A DNA stretch of 21,949 nucleotides from Octopus sinensis (lineage: Eukaryota), in contig NW_021823635.1 in the NCBI RefSeq assembly GCF_006345805.1, positions 1 through 21,949 on the forward strand. The letters run 5' to 3'. Every line of letters begins with the position of its first letter. The first letter of the stretch is position 1. The notes under the pieces are model-generated. The model was given only the letters and a program-made list of their open reading frames with translations. It was not told the DNA's origin and did not search any database. Of the stretch, positions 1 to 9,606 are shown one piece after another. Made by a program: the position numbers and the translations under genes.

Positions 1-849
1 GTGCGTGAGAAGGACCCGGCAAGACCAGTGGGAACAATCAAAATCAAATCAAATATATCAGAAAGCAGGGTTAAGGACCCATCCGTTCGTGTCCGCTGTC
101 AGCCTCGTCTGGCACCCGTGCCGGTGATACGTAAAAGCACCATTCGCTCATGGCCGTTTGCCAGCCCCGCCTGGCCCCGTGCGGTGACACGTAAAAGCAC
201 CGTCCGTTCGTGGCCGTTTGCCAGCTCTGTCTGGCCCGTGCGGTGGACACGTAAAAGCACCATCCGTTGTGGCCGTTGCCAGCTCTGTCTGGCCCTGTGT
301 CGGTGGCATGTAAAAGCACCATCGTCCGTGTCCGTTGCAGCCTCGGCTGGCCCCCGTGCCGGTGACACGTAAAAGCACCGTCCGTCGAGTTGGGCCGTTT
401 GCAGCTCTGTCTGGCAACTGTGTCGGTGGCACGTAAAAGCACAATCCGTTCGTGTCCCGTTGCCAGCCTCGGCTGGCCCCCGTGACGGTGACACGTAAAA
501 GCAACGTCATTCGTGGCCGGTTGCCAGCTCTGTCTGGACCCGTGTCGGTGGCACGTAAAAGCACCATCCGTTCGTGTCCTGCCAGCATCGCCTGGCCCCG
601 TGCCGGTGACACGTAAAAGCACCATCCGTCGTGGCGTTCGCCAGCTCTGTCTGGCACCTGTGCAGGTGGCACGTAAAAAAACAGCCACTACACTCGCGGA
701 GTGGTTGGCGTTAGGAAGGGAATCCAGCCGTAGAAACACTGCCAGATCTGACTGGGCCGACGAAGCCTCCAGCTTCACAGACCCCAGTTGACCGTCCAAC
801 CCATGCTAGCATGGAAAGCGGACGCTAAACGATGATGATGATGATGATG
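1..849 (+). mobile_element. Family R: 3' portion of an RTE-like retroelement with an expanded internal VNTR and (GAT)n tail
   Basis: Terminal block 686-849 (ggagtggttggcgttaggaaggg...ccatgctagcatgg...gatgatgatg) recurs at 1170-1359, 2138-2300 (minus), 9443-9598, 9840-10007 and 10532-10668. Bases 1-30 resemble 9607-9640. The RTE assignment is inferred from the short tandem tail and recalled similarity. Confidence 0.75.
80..685 (+). repeat. GC-rich minisatellite, about 10 copies of a ~60-bp unit (…ggtg(a/g)cacgtaaaagcacc…)
   Basis: The gtaaaagcac anchor ends near 140, 200, 260, 319, 378, 442, 504, 564 and 623, with a degenerate copy near 685. Confidence 0.95.
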
Positions 850-1042
850 GGTATATGCATATATATACAACACCACTATATGTATATGTATGCTGTATAT
901 ATGTGTGTATATATATATATATATATAATATATAATGTACATGCAGATGCACTCACACAGATGCAAGATGATGCATATATATGTTTTTGTATATAATAGA
1001 TATGTGCATATATAATGTATATGTATATAATGTGTGTTTGTA

Positions 1043-1090
<48 letters not shown>
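850..1090. repeat. (AT)n-rich compound microsatellite
   Basis: Directly visible. Confidence 0.95.
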
Positions 1091-1091
<1 letters not shown>

Positions 1092-1094
<3 letters not shown>

Positions 1095-1359
1095 TCAAGC
1101 GGTACTAGCAACGACAACGAGCAATGTCGTTGCCAGTACCGCTTGACTGGCCCCCGTACCAGTGGCATGTAAAAGCACCCATTACACTCTCGGAGTGGTT
1201 GGCATCAGGAAGGGCATCCAGTTGTAGAAACACTGCCAGATCAAGATTGGAGCCTGGTGCAAACCATAGGTCGCCAGTCCTCGGTCATTCGTCTAACCTA
1301 TGCTAGCATGGAAAGCAGACGTTAAATGACGATGATGATAATGATGATGATGATGATGA
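1092..1359 (+). mobile_element. 5'-truncated family R copy with one VNTR unit and an inverted 5' segment
   Basis: Same terminal block and (GAT)n tail as 686-849. Bases 1092-1116 are the reverse complement of 1125-1149. Confidence 0.85.
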
Positions 1360-1652
1360 TATATATATACATACACACATATGCGCACCACACACGCGTG
1401 CACACACACACATATATATAAAATCTACACACACATAGATGTATTCACCCTCATTATTTTAGTGACAAACTCCTCGCGCAATCTCAGCAAGGTCACTAAT
1501 ACACCAGCATAAAAAGACATTGGGAATGGAATTTGATCTCTTGTATATGCAATTAACTTTTCATTTTATCAAAGATATAATAATACTATAAAAGGAAAAT
1601 TGAATAACAGTCATTTAAAAAAACAAAGAAATAAAGAACTATATGTATTAAC

Positions 1653-1880
1653 CTGATAATATAGCGACTGGTGCACAGAAGGGGGTTTGGTGAGTGGTGG
1701 AGGTTTTGGTCGTGGTAAAAAGAGTGGAATTGCTCTTGTATTATTGGTTTTTTCTTCTTTTTGTTTTATGAATAAATAAAAAGTTGCTGCTTTGGTTTGT
1801 CGTATACCAAACTCCAATGTGACCAGATTTGAATCAGCTCTGTTTTCCATTTCTTTGGGGTTCATACTGTGTTTTCCCAT
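1653..1880 (-). CDS. Candidate host coding exon, proline-rich, product unknown
   Basis: 76 open codons in non-repetitive DNA. ATG at 1880 has A at -3 and G at +4; upstream acceptor catttatttgacag (AG at 1912-1911); phase-0 donor CAG|gttaat after 1653. No recognisable homology. Confidence 0.2.
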
Positions 1881-2137
1881 ATATATCTCAAAATTTTGGA
1901 CCAGAATTTACTGTCAAATAAATGTAGGTCAACCTATACTCTAAGGTAACTTCAGAGGACTGAAAAAATTCCATATGAAATGCTGCTGGATTTGGAAAAA
2001 TAGGGACAATGTTTGAATGTTTACACAACAGTTTTATACTATATGTCAGTTTGTATACTGGAAAATTTGCTTTGTATCTTTACTCACAGCATGGATATTA
2101 CAAATAGTCTATCTATATCAGTAGTTCTTGTGTAGGA

Positions 2138-2452
2138 TCATCATCATCATCGTTTCATGTTTGCTTTCCATGCTAGCATGGGTTGGACAATTTGACTGAG
2201 GACTGGCGAACCAGATGGCTGCACCAGGCCCAGTCTGATCTGGCAGTGTTTCTACAGCTGGATGCCCTTCCTAACGCCAACCACTCCGAGAGTGTAGTGG
2301 GTGCTTTTATGTGCCACCAGCATGGGGGCCAGTCAGGCAGTACTGGCAATGGCCATGCTCAAATGGTGTTTTTCACATGCCACCTGCATAGGAGCCAGTC
2401 CAGCGGCACTGGCAATGACCCCACTCAAATGTTTTTTTCATGTGCCACCAGT
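2138..2452 (-). mobile_element. Family R copy with 2-3 VNTR units
   Basis: Reverse complement of the R terminal block, starting with (CAT)n at 2138 and including ccatgctagcatgg at 2168-2181. Confidence 0.85.
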
Positions 2453-2490
2453 AAGGATCTATAAAAGATTTTGTTGCCAAAATTTAACTG

Positions 2491-2895
2491 TAGGTATAAG
2501 TGTGGCTCTGTGGTAAGAAGCTTGCTTCCCAACATGGTTCCAGGTTCAATCCCACTGCGTTGCAACTTGGACAGATGTCTTCTCCTATAGCCTTGGGGTG
2601 ACCAAAGCCTTGTGAGAGGGAATTTGGTTGACGGAAACTGAAAGCAGCCTGTCGTACACACACACACATGTATATATTTATATCTTTGTGTCTGTGTTTG
2701 TCCCTTCCACCATTGCTTGATAACTGATGTTGGTGTGTTTATGTCACTGTAACTTAGCAGTTCAGCAAAAGAGACTGACAAAAGGAGTGCTAGGCTTACA
2801 AAGAATAAGTCTTGGGGTTGATTTCTTCGCCTTAAACCCCCTTTAAGGTGAAGCTCCAGCATGGCTGCTGTCAAATGACTGAAACGAATAAAAAA
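2491..2895 (+). mobile_element. SINE family A (tRNA-like head, CORE-like segment, internal microsatellite, conserved 3' half)
   Basis: Aligns by eye with 16186-16570. A-box-like gtggctctgtgg, B-box-like ggttcaatccc, ends ccagcatggc…caaatgactgaaac. Confidence 0.85.
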
Positions 2896-2991
2896 CTATT
2901 ACATTGATTATATTTTTGCAAAACCCAAAACTATTTGGACAATTCTCTTATGCAATTCCTAATATTTAATTATAAAGATATAATAGGATTT

Positions 2992-3275
2992 TTAACCCTT
3001 TAGCATTCAGATCACTCTGCCAACTGTAATGCTTTTTCAATTATTTCAAATTAATCCTACATTATCTCTTTTATTCTTTTACCTGTTTCAATCATTTTGA
3101 CTGTGGCCATGCTGGAGCACCGCCTTTAGTCGAGAAAATCGACCCCGGGACTTATTTTTTGTAAACCTATTACTTATACTATCGGCCTCTTTTTGCCGAA
3201 CCGCTAAGTGACGGGGACTTAAACGCAACAGAATCGGTTGTCAAGCGATGTTGGGTGGACAAACATAGACACACA

Positions 3276-3352
<77 letters not shown>

Positions 3353-3579
3353 ACACATATATACGATGGCTTATTTCAGTTTCCGTCTACAAAATCCACT
3401 CACAAGGCTTGGTTGGCCCGAGGCTATAGTAGAAGACACTTGCCCAAGGTGCCACGCAGTGGAATGAACCCGGAACCATGTGGTTGGTAAAAAAAGCTAA
3501 CTACCACACAGCCACTCCTGCCCTATATTGTAGCTTCCAGATTTTGATGATGTGTTTGTTTATTTTTAGAAAGACGTTG
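2992..3579 (+). mobile_element. TTAA-flanked MITE (piggyBac-like termini), left part, interrupted by a SINE A
   Basis: Begins TTAA|CCCTTTAGCATT. Pieces 2996-3068 and 3529-3579 join to match the uninterrupted sequence at 7030-7130. Confidence 0.65.
3069..3523 (-). mobile_element. SINE family A, full length
   Basis: Reverse complement of the family A pattern (gccactcctg head; gaagacacttgcccaaggtgcc CORE-like segment); internal (AT)n at 3278-3350. Confidence 0.9.
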
Positions 3580-3599
3580 CTGTCTCTGTCACTCTGTCT

Positions 3600-3790
3600 C
3601 ACTATAACCTTTCATCATCTGACACAAGATCACCTCCTCCAATGCCCCCCTCTCCTTAAATGATTTTTGTCTTGGAAGTTACTTGGTGACCCTGTCAGAG
3701 CAGGTGCCACTTAAAAAGCATCCAGTCTACACTGTAAAGTGGTTATTTTTTGGAAGGGCATCTAGCTGTAAAAGCCTTGCCAAAACTGAC
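3600..3790 (+). mobile_element. Degenerate family R-related fragment, truncated at the satellite
   Basis: ggtgccacttaaaaagca…ggaagggcatctagctgtaaaa matches the R terminal block. Confidence 0.55.
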
Positions 3791-3804
3791 CCCCTTTGTG
3801 TTTG

Positions 3805-4750
3805 TGCCCTGTTTACCCATTTACCCATCCAGCCACCCACCCCTGTTTACCCATCCAGCCACCCACCCCTATTCACCCATCCAGCCACCCACCCCTATTC
3901 ACTCGTCCATCCATATATCAGTCCTATTTACCCATCCATCCTTCCACACATCTTTCTACCCACCCATCTAATCATCCGACATTTCAACCCTCATAAATCT
4001 ACTCTTATTTACCCATCCATGCATCCATCCATCCATATATGCATCCATCCCTCACCTACCGTCCAACCATTATCCCAAATCTACCTCCCATTTACCCATC
4101 TATCTACCCATCCATCCTCCACCTACCACCTTCCTTCATTCCTACCCACACCACCCACTCTATTCACCATCCGCACCACCTCTATTCACCGCATCCATAT
4201 ATCAGTCCTATTTACCCATCCATCCTTCACACCATCTTTTCTACCCACCTATCTAATCATCCGACATTTCAACCGTCATGAATCTACCCTTATTCACCCA
4301 TCCATGCATCCATCCATCCATATATCCATCCATCCTCTCACCTATCGTCCAACCATTATCCCAAATCTACCCCCTATTTACCCATCTATCTACCCATCCA
4401 TCCTTCCACCTACCTACCTTCCTTCATCCTACCTACCCACCCACCCACTCCTATTCACCCATCCAGCCACCCACCTCTATTCACCCGTCCATCCATATAT
4501 CAGTCCTATTTACCCATCCATCCTTCCACACATCTTTCTACCCACCTATCTAATCATCCGACATTTCAACCATCATGAATCTACCCTTATTCACCCATCC
4601 ATCCATCCATATATCCATCCATCCTCTCACCTACTGTCCAACCATTATCCCAAATCTACCCCCTATTTACCCATCTATCTATCCATCCATCCTTCCACCT
4701 ACCTACCTACCTTCCTTCATCCTACCCACCCACCCCACTCCGACCCACCC
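3805..4750. repeat. Complex ATCC/ACCC satellite: 27-bp sub-repeats followed by about 3 copies of a ~290-bp unit
   Basis: The anchor tcagtcctatttacccatcc occurs at 3918, 4202 and 4500 (periods 284 and 298). Confidence 0.9.
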
Positions 4751-5140
4751 CCAATTTTCTTAGCTGAAATTGTTACTCAACAAATTCTTCAGTTTTATTT
4801 GAAGAATTAAACTGTTTCTGTAATTCCAATTCCATTAATTTATTTAACGAGTTTAGCAATAATTTAGACTTGAATAACTTTGCAATTTTGCTAATTCTTT
4901 CTCTTTCTTTGTGTTTATTCGTTTACTTTGTGTAATTAAATCAACGCAGCTTAATTAAGTTGTTGTTGTTGTTTAACCCCAAGATGGCACCACTCCATTG
5001 CACTTATGATCAGAGCAATTTTAACCACAGCCATCTTGTCTTTCTGTGTCCCAGGAACTGCATTATCTAGCGTATCCAGCCACCATCTGAGGGATACAGG
5101 TTCAAGTCCTGTAGCTGCCTGCTGGCAACATTTTAGTGAA

Positions 5141-5490
5141 GGTGGATGGTTCAGTGGTTAGAGCATTGGGCTCACAATCATGAGGTAGTGTGTTCAATCC
5201 CCGGATCAGGCTGTGTGTTATCTTCTTAAGCAAAACACTTCATTTCATGTTGCTCCAGTTCACACTCAGCTGTAGAAATAAGTTGTGATGTCACAGGTGT
5301 CAAGCTGTATCGGCCCCTTTTGCCTTTCTCTTAGATAACATCAGTGGTGTAGAGAGGAGAGGCTGGTATGCAGGGGCGACTGCTGGTCTTCCATAAACAA
5401 CCTTGCCTGGACTTGTGCCTCGGGTGGGGGGTAACTTTCTAGGTGCAATCCCATGGTCGTTTGTGACCAAAGGGGTGTTTCTACCCTTTA
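5141..5490 (+). mobile_element. SINE family C (tRNA-derived head)
   Basis: A-box tggttcagtgg and B-box gttcaatcc; aligns with 11745-12082. Confidence 0.85.
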
Positions 5491-5496
5491 CCCTTT

Positions 5497-5740
5497 ACAC
5501 ACACACACTTGCGCACACATACACACACTCTTGCACACACACACACACACACACTTGCACACATACACACACACACACACTTGCACACACACACACACAC
5601 TTGCACACACACACACACTTGCACACACATACGCACTCACTTGCACACACACACACATACACTTGCACACAAACACACTTGCACACACACACTTGCACAC
5701 ACACGCACACACACACACATATACACACACTCACACATAT
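5497..5740. repeat. (CA)n microsatellite punctuated by CTTG
   Basis: Repeated cacacttgcacac motif. Confidence 0.95.
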
Positions 5741-5896
5741 ATTAATGTTATTGTGTCAAGTTATATACATAACTTACTATAAAACTTAAGGATTACACAT
5801 TTGTAGAGTACATGCAAAGTACATGCTTATGTAACTTTTGCAAGGAAAATATTGATAGTGACTTTGAAGTCTCTGCTTACTTTCCTTTTTCAGATT

Positions 5897-6296
5897 GTTA
5901 GCACACCAGGCGAAATGCTTAGCGGTATTTCATCTGTCTTTATGTTCCGAGTTCAAATTCTGCCGAGGTTGGCTTTGCCTTTCATCCTTTCAGGGTCGAT
6001 AAATTAAGTACCAGTTACGCACTGGGGTTGATGTAATCGACTTAATCCCTTTGTCTGTCCTTGTTTGTCCCCTCTCTGTTTAGCTCCTTGTGGGTAATAA
6101 AGAAATAGGTATTTCGTCTGTCTTTACGTTCCGAATTCAAATTCTGCCGAGGTTGGCTTTGCCTTTCATCCTTTTGGGGTCGATAAATTAAGTACCAGTT
6201 ACACACTGGGGTTGATGTAATCGACTTAATTCCTTTGTCTGGGTTTTTTTTTGTCCCGTCTATGTTTAGCCCCTTGTGGGCAATAAACAAATAAGA
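5897..6296 (+). mobile_element. SINE family B head-to-tail dimer (units 5897-6107 and 6108-6296)
   Basis: Two copies of the gagttcaaatt B-box plus gcctttcatcctt…gggtcgataaattaagtacc core, joined at aaagaaata|ggtattt. Confidence 0.9.
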
Positions 6297-6403
6297 TTGT
6301 ATGCATGCACATACACACAGATCTTTATTCTTAATTATTTCAGTACCAACCCACCTGAAACTGCCCCTGGTTTTCTGATGCAATATTCCTGTTTTAAAGT
6401 GAC

Positions 6404-6646
6404 TGTGTGTTAAAAAGCTTGCTTCTCAGGTTCAATCCCACTTCATGGCACCTTGGGCAAGTGTCTTCTACCATAACTTCAGGTTGATCAAAGCCTTGTG
6501 AGTGGATTTGTTAGATGGAAACACTGAAAAAAAACTTGTTGTACACACACACGCCTGCATATGTAGGGTTGATTTGTTTGACTAAAATGCTTCAAGGCAG
6601 TGCCCCAGAATGGCTGCAGTCAAATTACTGAAACAAGCTAAAAGAT
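6404..6646 (+). mobile_element. SINE family A, internally deleted
   Basis: ggcaccttgggcaagtgtcttcta and the 3' end cagtcaaattactgaaacaag are both present. Confidence 0.8.
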
Positions 6647-6699
6647 TAATGAAATCTTACCCTCAAAATTTTGTGTTAATCTATGTTCTAAACACCAGC

Positions 6700-7225
6700 T
6701 TAACTTTTTAACATTCACATTCTGTGCAATGTTAAAAAAATAAAGATTATCCCCCCTCCCCTCATCCCGGTCATGAATGACCATGGGATTGAACCTAGAA
6801 AGTTACCCTCTGAAGCACAAGTCTAGGCAAGGTTGTTTATGGAAGACCAGCAGTCGCCCATGCATACCGATATTACCCAAGGGCAAGCTTGGCACTAGTG
6901 AGTGAACTGGAGCAACATGAAATAAAGCGTCTTGCTCAAGAACTCAACATGGACCCCGGTCCAGGAATTGAACTCACTACTTCATGATTGTGAATCTGAT
7001 GCTCTAACCACTGAGCCATGCACTTACACAATGTAATGCTTATTTATTCACATTGTTTTGAATTAATCATGCATTATCTTTTAGCTTTGAGATTTTGATG
7101 AGGTAACTGTTAATGTTTAGAAGGATAGTGTAAGGTTAGTGAGAGAGGCCAGATCTGGCCAGTTTGAACATAAAACAGGGAGAATATTTGGCTGGATACG
7201 GCCAGTTTAAATACTAAAGGATTGA
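6700..7225 (+). mobile_element. Second TTAA-type MITE copy, interrupted by a SINE C
   Basis: Degenerate left end TTAA|ctttttaacattc; right end aatactaaagga|TTGA is the inverted match of CCCTTTAGCATT at 2996. caatgt(t)aa is repeated on both sides of the SINE (6727 and 7029). Confidence 0.6.
6751..7024 (-). mobile_element. SINE family C, internally deleted
   Basis: Reverse complement of the family C head (ctctaaccactgagcc) and tail (ccatgggattgaacctagaaagttacc). Confidence 0.85.
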
Positions 7226-7519
7226 TAATTTTATTAAATTCTCTGTATTTTCAAAATTAATTGAAACAAAGTAGTGGATTTCAACAGAAATATTTGATTA
7301 TCAAAGGACTAATGTGGCCCCAGGGACACCCAGTATCATCCAGTGCATGTGACAAGTTCAAACCTTGAAGTATTGACAGCGTCCCTGCATGAAGTTGCAC
7401 ATCTCAAATATATTTCTATTTCAGCTGATGTGAATCCTTAATATTTTGGGATTGAGCTCTTTGTCAGAGGAAAGTTAACATTTTCCTCAAGCTCTGATTT
7501 TCACTTATATAATTATAAA

Positions 7520-7555
7520 TATATGTGTGCATGCATGTGTATGAGGGTATATATG

Positions 7556-7604
<49 letters not shown>

Positions 7605-7955
7605 ATATTATATATTATATATATATATATATATTATATATATCTGTGTCTGTGTGTGTATGTATAAAATTGTTTGTTTGTGTATATGTATATATGTATT
7701 TGTGTATAGAAGTGTGTGTGTGTGTGTCTATGTGTGTGTATGAATATGTATGTGTGTGTGTATATATATATGTATTTATATATGTATGTATATATGAATG
7801 TGAGCATGTGTGCACTTGTTTGTGTGTGTGTGTGCAAGTGTGTGCATATGTGTATGTATGTGTGTGTATGTGTATGAATATATATGCATGTGTGTGCTTA
7901 TGCATATATGTGTATGTATGTATGTATGTATGTATGTGTGTGTGTGTGTGCATAT
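7520..7955. repeat. (AT)n/(GT)n compound microsatellite
   Basis: Directly visible. Confidence 0.95.
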
Positions 7956-8072
7956 ATTATAATTGTAAAATACACAGAGAATCTGGTTATTTAGCAGAGG
8001 AAGGCAAAGCAAGATTTCAAAAAAAAAAATGAAGAACAAAAACAACAATAAAAGCAATAAATAACTAAAATG

Positions 8073-8290
8073 CAAAAGCTTCTTTCACATGAATCTAAAG
8101 TTGACCTCTGATATTTTGGGGACAAGATTTTAGTAGAACTGGTGTATATTTGGGAAGGTTGGACGCTGGGAGCATTTTTCTAGGTATTAATATTCAAATC
8201 AAGAATGTATATAAAAATATAAATATTAATAGCATGTATAATAAAAACTGTTGATATTTATGACATTTAGAAACGAATATGAAAAAAAAA
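8073..8290 (+). repeat. Unclassified ~215-bp sequence, copy 1 (copy 2 at 10197-10412)
   Basis: caaaagcttctttc…ctaaagttgacctctgatattttg…ctgttgatatttatgaca is present at both sites with a constant offset of about 2124 bp. Confidence 0.9.
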
Positions 8291-8299
8291 AGCAGCACC

Positions 8300-8325
8300 A
8301 ATAATAATAATAATAATAATAATAT

Positions 8326-8392
<67 letters not shown>

Positions 8393-8405
8393 GTAATAAT
8401 AATAA
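8300..8405. repeat. (AAT)n microsatellite
   Basis: Directly visible. Confidence 0.95.
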
Positions 8406-8527
8406 TGGTTGTGGTGAGATTGGAAATAGGAAGTTGTTAATAAAAAAAATGCAAGAAGGAAATAATTATTTTCAGACATTTAACAAATTTTGAAATATCT
8501 AGAGAAAAAGAAAGAGAAGAGAATTAT

Positions 8528-8568
<41 letters not shown>
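8528..8568. repeat. (GA)n microsatellite
   Basis: Directly visible. Confidence 0.95.
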
Positions 8569-8571
<3 letters not shown>

Positions 8572-8829
8572 AACTATGGGATTTTTTTTTAAGGACTAGC
8601 TGAAAGTACCCACAATGTGTTAATATACTTTTGACATTCAGGGTAAATTACTAGTGCCGTATTAAGATGCAAAGAATTAGAATTAAATTATTTGTCAAAA
8701 AAAAAAGAAAAGAAACAAAGAACAAAAAAATAAACAAATAAAAACATTGGATGTAAACAAACCATCACTGGCTGTCAGTCAGTGGAAAATGATAAAAGCC
8801 CACATAGAAACACACACATACATATCTCT

Positions 8830-9240
8830 ATATACTACAGGCTTCCACACAGTTTCCTATTTCTTTACTGCCCACAAGGGGCTACAAGGACAGACAAATG
8901 GATTAATTCGATTATATCAACCCCAGTGCATAACTGGTACTTAGTTAATCGACCCCAAAAGGATGAAAGGCAAAGTCGACCTCGATGGAATTTGAACTCA
9001 GAACGTAGCGGCAGATGAAATACTGCTAAGCATTTCGCCCTGCGTGCTAACGTTTCTGCCAGCTTACCGCCTTCCACATACGCTTCCACATAGTTTCCAC
9101 CAACCAAATTCACTCACAAGGCATTGATCAGCCTAGGGCCATAGTACAAGACACTTGCCTCAGGTGCCATGCAATAGGATTGAACCCAAAACCACATGCT
9201 TGAGAAGCAAGCTTCTTAACTACACAACTTTGTCTGTGCC
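8830..9240 (-). mobile_element. SINE family A 5' half, interrupted by a SINE B
   Basis: Head and CORE-like part at 9099-9240; the continuation resumes at 8830-8857. Confidence 0.7.
8858..9073 (-). mobile_element. SINE family B monomer with a probable 17-bp TSD
   Basis: Full head (ctgccagcttaccgcc) through tail; flanked by gcttccaca(c/t)agtttcc at 8841-8857 and 9082-9098. Confidence 0.9.
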
Positions 9241-9404
9241 TATATATATCATCATCATCAATATTCAGACGAAACATTTGAAGACCGAAGTGGAGAAAAG
9301 TTCCATGCCAAAAGGGGTCTAGTATGGGTCAGATGGTCCTAAGAAGCAAGTAAAAGCTTCCATGAAAGGTGCTGGATCCATTTTTGTAGCAGTTAAATAT
9401 GTAC

Positions 9405-9598
9405 AGGAGTGGCTGTGTGGTAAGTAGCTTGCTTACCAACCATGGAGTGGTTGGCGTTAGGAAGGGCATCAAGCTGTAGAAACACTGCCAGATCAGACTG
9501 GAGCCTGGTGCAGCCTCCTGGCTTCCCAGACCCCGGTCGAACCGTCCAACCCATGCTAGCATGGAAAATGGATGTTAAACGATGATGATGATGATGAT
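9405..9598 (+). mobile_element. SINE A head (9405-9441) abutting a family R terminal block (9443-9598)
   Basis: ggagtggctgtgtggtaagtagcttgcttaccaacca is followed directly by ggagtggttggcgttagg…(gat)n. Confidence 0.8.
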
Positions 9599-9606
9599 GT
9601 ATATGA

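Noticed and set aside
80-685. CRISPR-like regularly spaced repeats
   Set aside because: The intervening sequences are homologous to each other rather than unique spacers, there are no cas genes, and the context is eukaryotic.
1-799. Overlapping 92-242 aa ORFs on both strands
   Set aside because: They are translations of the GC-rich ~60-bp minisatellite and have no domain signature.
3683-4810. 375-aa ORF, the longest in the window
   Set aside because: It is a translation of the G-poor ATCC satellite (P/H/T/S/I/Y-rich, three internal repeats); stop codons are scarce for compositional reasons.
7315-7440. Open frame of about 40 codons and a tttctatttcag acceptor
   Set aside because: No start, donor or recognisable motif, and all frames stop within 5 codons of the acceptor.
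9266-9290. cgaaac and tgaaga hammerhead-like words
   Set aside because: Only 2-3 nt separate them and no stems can form.
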